Shown in pieces: positions 58,539 through 64,000 of a stretch of 64,000 nucleotides of DNA; the first letter of the stretch is position 1, and the number at the start of each line of letters is the position of its first letter. A program made the translations under genes and the position numbers. The notes under the pieces are model-generated. The model searched no databases, was not told the origin of the DNA, and saw only the letters and a program-made list of their open reading frames with translations. This DNA comes from Gemmatimonadaceae bacterium (lineage in GTDB: Bacteria; Gemmatimonadota; Gemmatimonadetes; Gemmatimonadales; Gemmatimonadaceae), in the NCBI GenBank assembly GCA_044224875.1, contig JBGAJQ010000006.1:32001-96000 (forward strand). The letters are read 5' to 3'.

Positions 58539-60716
58539 ATGAAAGGTTCGCTCCTCCAGACGCCGGCCGCTCGATTCATGATCGCCGCCGGCGCTCTTGT
58601 CGTGGCGGCGTTGGCGTTGGTCGCGTCGACATTCCGGGATCCGGACGGCACACTGGCCGCATCGAGCGCCTTTCCTCTCACCATCGCGATCGCGCTCCTG
58701 CTCGTAGCGATGTCGGCAGCCACGTCATGGCAGCGGGCGAGTCTTTGGGCCGCGCTTCTCGTGGTGGCGCAAGGAGCCTCCCTGCAGCTGATCGACGCAC
58801 CGAACAAGGTGGTCTACCAGCACTACCGCTTTGTCACCGGCGCGGCTCCTGTATTGCCACTCATCCCCTTGCTGGTGCTCGTGCTGCAAGCCGTATGGGT
58901 GGTTCGAGAATTGCGCGGTACGATTCCACAGATCCGTTCCTGGTGGCGATCGTCCTTTTCGCCGGTGGCCCGCGCCCTGATCCTCACAGGGTTTGTGCTG
59001 ACGAGCGCGACGCTCTCTCGCGACCTCTCCCTCTATGCCGGGGAGATACTCGTCGCCGCCCTCGTGCAACTGGTGGCGGTGTTGAATGCGATCTGTATCG
59101 CACGAGCCTTGCCGCCAGATGCCGGCCGCGCGATCGACACGCTCCTGACGTCACGTGGCACCACTGAGCACTCGTATCGCGCGGTGGACCGCTTCGCCAT
59201 GGTCTTGGCGGCGTGGGTGCTGGTGGCGTCAGCGTTCCTGGCGATCGTCGTGTACGAACGACATCCGCATGTCCCGGACGAGGTCGTGTATCTGCTGCAG
59301 GCTCGCTACCTGGCCAAGGGGATGTTGTGGCTGCCTCTCCCGCCGGTGCCTGAAGCCTTCAACCTGGACCTCATGTACTCCGACGCCACGCGATGGTTCT
59401 CCCCCGTGAACCCGGGGTGGCCGTTTGTGCTGGCGGCGGGAGCGTACGTCGGTGCGCCGTGGTTGGTGAACCCAATCCTTGGAGCGGTTTGCGTCCTGTT
59501 GGCCAATGGGGTGCTCGCCGAACTGTACCCAGTGCGGACACGCCGCATGGCGGTGCTACTGCTGGCCACATCGCCATGGTTCCTGTTCATGTCGATGAAC
59601 TTCATGACGCACCAGCTCGTGTTGGTAGCGGCGTTAGGCGCGGCGCTGGCGGTTGCCCGGGCGCGCCGACTGGCCAACGGACGGGCATGGCGCATGCTGG
59701 TCGGCGGCTTCTGTATCGGCGTCGTCTCGCTGGTGCGGCCGTTGGAAGGACTGGCCGTGGCGCTCCTCCTTGGCTTGTGGTCACTGCCGATCAGGGGGCG
59801 CCTCTTCCGTTTCGCGCCCTCGGCGTGGTTGGTCGTCGGGTCGGTGATGAGCGGGTTGCTGGCTCGCCCGTACAACGCGCTCATGACGGGGGATCCTTCG
59901 TACTTCCCGATCATGGCGTATATCGACAAGTATTACGCCAAGGGCGCGAATGATCTGGGCTTCGGTCCAAACCGCGGGCTCGGGTGGTCCGGTCTCGACC
60001 CGATCCCGGGGCATGGCGTGCTAGACGTGATCGTGAATGCCGACCTGAACGTGTTCTCGATCAACACCGACTTGTTAGGCTGGGCGGTCGGATCGTTAGG
60101 TGTCGTGGTTTTCCTGCTGGCGGCACGCCGCCTGCAACGCGCCGACTGGCTCATGATGGCCGTGATCGCGATGATCGCCGGGATTCACTCGTTCTACTGG
60201 TTCAGCGGTGGGCCAGACTTTGGCGCGCGCTACTGGTACCTGGTGCTGGTCCCCTGCGTGGTGCTCGCCGCCCGCGGCATGGAAGAGGTAGCCGTGACCG
60301 CGGCACCTTATGGCCCAAACATGTTCGGGCGTGCGACCGTCGCCACACTCGGCTTGGTGATGGCCTCGCTGCTGGCCTTTGTACCGTGGCGTTCCATCGC
60401 GAAGTACCACCACTTCCGAAACATGCGCGATGACGTTCGGACGCTGGCGGCTGAACGCCACTTTGGGCGAAGCATCGTCCTCGTGCGCGGAAACCGGCAT
60501 CCTGACTACGCCTCCGCCGCCATCTACAACCCGCTCGACCTGCATGCAGATGCCCCGATCTACGTCTGGGATGCATCGCCCGACGTGCGCAGGCAGGCGC
60601 TGGCCGCATATCCGGACCGCCCGGTCTGGATTCTCGACGGAACTACGGTGACGGGCGGCGCCTTCCGAGTCGCCGCCGGGCCGCTTACCAACGCGCAGGC
60701 GCTAGCGCTCCCGTGA
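58539..60716 (+). CDS. ArnT/PMT-like GT-C membrane glycosyltransferase
   Basis: PDEVVYLLQA acidic loop motif, RPLE and GARY, with many TM helices. Confidence 0.65.
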   Translation: MKGSLLQTPAARFMIAAGALVVAALALVASTFRDPDGTLAASSAFPLTIAIALLLVAMSAATSWQRASLWAALLVVAQGASLQLIDAPNKVVYQHYRFVTGAAPVLPLIPLLVLVLQAVWVVRELRGTIPQIRSWWRSSFSPVARALILTGFVLTSATLSRDLSLYAGEILVAALVQLVAVLNAICIARALPPDAGRAIDTLLTSRGTTEHSYRAVDRFAMVLAAWVLVASAFLAIVVYERHPHVPDEVVYLLQARYLAKGMLWLPLPPVPEAFNLDLMYSDATRWFSPVNPGWPFVLAAGAYVGAPWLVNPILGAVCVLLANGVLAELYPVRTRRMAVLLLATSPWFLFMSMNFMTHQLVLVAALGAALAVARARRLANGRAWRMLVGGFCIGVVSLVRPLEGLAVALLLGLWSLPIRGRLFRFAPSAWLVVGSVMSGLLARPYNALMTGDPSYFPIMAYIDKYYAKGANDLGFGPNRGLGWSGLDPIPGHGVLDVIVNADLNVFSINTDLLGWAVGSLGVVVFLLAARRLQRADWLMMAVIAMIAGIHSFYWFSGGPDFGARYWYLVLVPCVVLAARGMEEVAVTAAPYGPNMFGRATVATLGLVMASLLAFVPWRSIAKYHHFRNMRDDVRTLAAERHFGRSIVLVRGNRHPDYASAAIYNPLDLHADAPIYVWDASPDVRRQALAAYPDRPVWILDGTTVTGGAFRVAAGPLTNAQALALP

Positions 60717-61696
60717 CCACGCCGGTCAACACGACCGTCCTCGCGCCGCCGCGCGCCATGGTCCTGGGTGCCAACGGCTTTCTTGGACGCTGGATGGCGC
60801 GTGTCCTCACTGCCGCGGGAAGTGAACTCGTCTGCGTTTCGCGAACCGGTACGGCGCTCGAGATGGATCGATGGGGCATCCGAGGGCGTTTCGTCGCTGC
60901 CGATTTGACCGATTTCGACGCCGTGGACGCACTGATATCACGCGAAGCACCGGATGTGTTGTTCAACCTGGCGGGATATGGGGTGGACCGAGGTGAACGG
61001 GACCAAGCCGTCGCCGAGCGAGTCAACGCTGACTTACCTCGCATCCTGGCGGAGAGCTGTGCTCGGCTCCCGGCCTCCACATGGACTGGCGTGCGTCTGC
61101 TACATGTGGGGTCGGCGCTCGAATACGGTGTCACCGGTGGCGTCCTGCGCGAGGATTCCGCGATGCAACCGACCACAGGTTACGGAATCACCAAACTCGC
61201 CGGCACGTTAAACGTGGCCGACGTCGCGCGCACGTCAGGACTGCGCGCGTGCACCGGTCGGCTTTTCACCGTGTTTGGCCCGGGTGAGCACGCCGGAAGG
61301 CTCTTCCCCACGCTGCTCGCGGCATCCCGGCGAGAGGACCCGATTCCGCTCTCCGTTGCCACACAAACACGCGACTTCGCCTTTGCCGGCGATGTCGTCG
61401 AGCGATTGTTGCAGCTGTGTAGCGCGCCCGTGCGCTCGGGTGAAGTGGTCAACGTGGCCTCGGGCGTCATGCACACCGTGCGCGAGTTCGTGCTGGAAGC
61501 AGCACGCGCCCTCCACATCGAGCGCTCACGACTGCGCTTCGGGGATGTGTCGGTTCGCCCCGAAGAAATGTCGCACACCGGCGTGTCGGTGGAGCGACTC
61601 ACGGCACTGACCGGTGGGGCCTTGAGTTCAAACCTGGCCCAGCTCATGTCGCGCGCGACGGCGGCGGTGCAGGCGATCGGGTGGCAACCTGCCTAG
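60713..61696 (+). CDS. NAD-dependent epimerase/dehydratase (extended SDR)
   Basis: GANGFLG, NLAG, GSALEYG, YGITK, FGPGE, RDF. Confidence 0.85.
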   Translation: MTTPVNTTVLAPPRAMVLGANGFLGRWMARVLTAAGSELVCVSRTGTALEMDRWGIRGRFVAADLTDFDAVDALISREAPDVLFNLAGYGVDRGERDQAVAERVNADLPRILAESCARLPASTWTGVRLLHVGSALEYGVTGGVLREDSAMQPTTGYGITKLAGTLNVADVARTSGLRACTGRLFTVFGPGEHAGRLFPTLLAASRREDPIPLSVATQTRDFAFAGDVVERLLQLCSAPVRSGEVVNVASGVMHTVREFVLEAARALHIERSRLRFGDVSVRPEEMSHTGVSVERLTALTGGALSSNLAQLMSRATAAVQAIGWQPA

Positions 61697-63246
61697 GTGC
61701 TACGCCCGCGACGCCAGCGAACCATCAGGTACCACCCGAGGGCCATGCTGTAGGCCAGCAGCGAAGGCAGGTAGAAGCGCTTCAACTCGCTGGCGTATGG
61801 CGCCACGGTCCAGGCCAGGAGGGGATACGGCATCGCCAGCGCCAACCCGGTGGCCCAACGGCCGTATGCCGACATGGGAACCAGCGCGGCCATGGCGACG
61901 AACCACAGGACGTACCATGGCCAGGCATGCGACGCACCCACAAGCAGCATGGTCATCATCACAGCCGCACCCGCCTCACGAAGCCGAGCGAGTCCTCCAT
62001 CCCTGACGTATCGATACAACTCGAGTAGGGTGATGAGCGGAAACACGCCCACGGCGACGTAGGCCAGGAAACGCAGCGGCGCGCCCGTCAGCTCAACAAG
62101 CGCGAGGATGGCGTCCGACGGAAGGTAGAAATGTCCGCCATGCACGTCGGACGTCGATGCGAAGAAATCCAGCCCACGAAAGACCGGTGCAAATGCCAGC
62201 ACCGTCAGGACCGCGGCCAACGCCGCCCGCGGCAGGTACGCGCGCACGTACCGTGCAATGTCCCGAGACTCCTCTGGCTCTCGGTACAGCGCGTCCAGGA
62301 GAAAGAGCGGGGCGCTCGCGTACTTGAACAGCACGGACGCCGTGAGCGCCGCCGTCGCCGCCATCGGTCGGCCCGACCGCCGAAGGTGCATCCAGAAGAG
62401 GGCACAACCCACCATGGCCACATCGTTGTGTCCGTCGCCAACCGTCTGTACCACGCCAATCGGCAGCCACGCGACCATGGCGATGGCGAGGACCTGCTCA
62501 AACGGGGTTCGATCCCGAACGAGCGCGCGCACGACGCAGAGCACGCCGACCCACGCAGCCGCCAGGACCACCTTGAAGAGCAGTGCGCCCCACAGCGCGT
62601 GTCCGCCCGTGACCCACATGATCGCCGCCGACGTGTACGCCCAGAGTGGGCCATACGTCATGTGCATGATTGGCGCGTCGATCGGCAGCCAGCTCGTCGC
62701 GATGGCGGGGACGTCGTAGTACGGATTGATACCCGCAGCGAGCGTTCGTCCCCACGCCACGGACAGCCAGAAGTCGGGGACGAGGACTGGCACGGCGGGT
62801 ACCAGCAGCACCGCGAACACAATGCCCCACCGAAGCGCGCGGTCAGCGTCCGTCGGCTCCAACGACGCCCGGTTCTTCCACGCGACCCGAAGCACGCCGA
62901 GGGTCGCGAGTGACGCGGCCATCAGTGGCGCCGCATACGCGATCAGGAACACGCGCCGGTCTTCCATCAGTCCGCGGGATCGCAACGACAGCTGCAGGCC
63001 CCAGCGCCAGGCCGGCAGCCCGTCGTAACTGCGGCCCTGCAGCCAGGGGATCGCTTCGCCGATTCGCGCAAAGAACTCGAATTGCCCATACGTGCGCGTT
63101 TCGTACGAGGCGAATGGCGCCAGAAGCCATGATAGGCAGGCGACAAGTGCGATGCACAGGGCTGCCACCACGCCAAACCAGATCAGCGCGCGCCGGAATC
63201 GCTCACGGCCTGCGCGATCTACGGCCAAATCCGCGGACTTATCCAT
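61693..63246 (-). CDS. GT-C glycosyltransferase resembling polyprenol-phosphomannose mannosyltransferases (MptA/B, GT87-like)
   Basis: GINPY, MTYGPLW, GHND, FKY and WPWY motifs in a polytopic protein. Confidence 0.68.
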   Translation of the reverse strand: MDKSADLAVDRAGRERFRRALIWFGVVAALCIALVACLSWLLAPFASYETRTYGQFEFFARIGEAIPWLQGRSYDGLPAWRWGLQLSLRSRGLMEDRRVFLIAYAAPLMAASLATLGVLRVAWKNRASLEPTDADRALRWGIVFAVLLVPAVPVLVPDFWLSVAWGRTLAAGINPYYDVPAIATSWLPIDAPIMHMTYGPLWAYTSAAIMWVTGGHALWGALLFKVVLAAAWVGVLCVVRALVRDRTPFEQVLAIAMVAWLPIGVVQTVGDGHNDVAMVGCALFWMHLRRSGRPMAATAALTASVLFKYASAPLFLLDALYREPEESRDIARYVRAYLPRAALAAVLTVLAFAPVFRGLDFFASTSDVHGGHFYLPSDAILALVELTGAPLRFLAYVAVGVFPLITLLELYRYVRDGGLARLREAGAAVMMTMLLVGASHAWPWYVLWFVAMAALVPMSAYGRWATGLALAMPYPLLAWTVAPYASELKRFYLPSLLAYSMALGWYLMVRWRRGRST

Positions 63247-64000
63247 CGGCGATACCCTTCCTGTCCCATCCGCGCCACGTCAGCCACAACACGCCAGCCA
63301 GTACCAGGTACAGGGCCCAGATGGTCCACCACGGGAACTGCAGGCTGTAGCCGCTGGCCATCTTGTCCGCCACGATCAGGACCGGCAACGTAGGGCCCGT
63401 GTGCAGAACGAGCGTCAAGGCCGTCGGGATGTCCTCGCGCGTCATGCTCACGGCCAGGGAGACCACAAGCGAGAGCCCGATCAATCCCCAACGGGCCAGC
63501 GCTGGCATTCGGCGCAGGACCGGGACTGCTGCCAGAAACAACAACGGGACCGCTGGCACCATGTAACGCACACCAGTGTTCCACTGCAGGTTGGCAAACT
63601 GGTTTGCGCAACTGAAGAGGTACAACGCGGCGAAGCAGGCGTACGCCCATCGAAGATGGCTCTGCCTCGGCGTGTCCGCTGCCGGCCGTATCCAGGGCGT
63701 CGCCAAACCCGCCAGCAGCAACGGACAGAACGCAAAAATTCCGTAGCGCAGGTCAAACAGGTTACCCCAGATCAACTCCTGTGTCGGCAGGGTGAAACCG
63801 AACCACCCGCGGACGCTGAATTCAGTGGGTGGCATGTACCGCTGCGCGGGGTACCATGGGCTCCCGAACGCGATCCACTGGTAGGCCAGGAGTAGGGCGA
63901 TCGGCCCGAGCGCGCCCAGGACGTACGTGACCCCAAACCGGAGTGCCCCCGTAGCCCGCCCCCACCGCCGTCCCTCGGCCAGGATCCACAGCCCAAACAC
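63239..64000 (-). CDS. Polytopic membrane protein, C-terminal part (GT-C-like), truncated by the window edge
   Basis: Open hydrophobic frame with FGSPW, YGIFAFCP and GVRYMVP, overlapping the next gene start. Confidence 0.55.
   Translation of the reverse strand: MFGLWILAEGRRWGRATGALRFGVTYVLGALGPIALLLAYQWIAFGSPWYPAQRYMPPTEFSVRGWFGFTLPTQELIWGNLFDLRYGIFAFCPLLLAGLATPWIRPAADTPRQSHLRWAYACFAALYLFSCANQFANLQWNTGVRYMVPAVPLLFLAAVPVLRRMPALARWGLIGLSLVVSLAVSMTREDIPTALTLVLHTGPTLPVLIVADKMASGYSLQFPWWTIWALYLVLAGVLWLTWRGWDRKGIADG

Overview
This is a GC-rich bacterial window, tentatively Gemmatimonadota-like given the Big_2-repeat lipoproteins (inference only). It is almost entirely one large cell-surface glycan locus. 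(1) 1-7419: EPS tailoring operon with heparinase II/III-like protein, AsnB-type amidotransferase, GT4, formyltransferase-like protein, polysaccharide deacetylase and algD. (2) 7562-17470: three paralogous lipoproteins with Ig-like stalks and a beta-helix head. Two sit behind c-di-GMP-I (GEMM) riboswitches and one is frameshifted. (3) 17610-24489, minus strand: PAPS-synthase fusion in APS kinase-ATP sulfurylase order, PHP phosphatase, a degenerate second APS kinase, WaaL/Wzy-like protein and a second AsnB. (4) 24934-47244: cytoplasmic NPP/AP-superfamily enzyme, ACP, MBOAT-SGNH fusion, seven 5-TM 'sulfatase-like' paralogs and two paralogous polytopic proteins. All seven carry Thr (W-T-L-P-S-H) at the position of the formylglycine Cys/Ser. 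(5) 47522-64000: GT-C-like membrane proteins, a flippase-methyltransferase fusion, two Ig-GH lipoproteins and an epimerase. The main hypothesis is an extracytoplasmic, LtaS/EptA-like sulfate- or phosphoester-transfer system that decorates a uronic-acid glycan. PAPS supply and candidate PAP disposal are present, but no canonical P-loop sulfotransferase is visible in the window. No rRNA, tRNA, CRISPR or mobile element was recognised. All calls come from motif reading; no searches were run.
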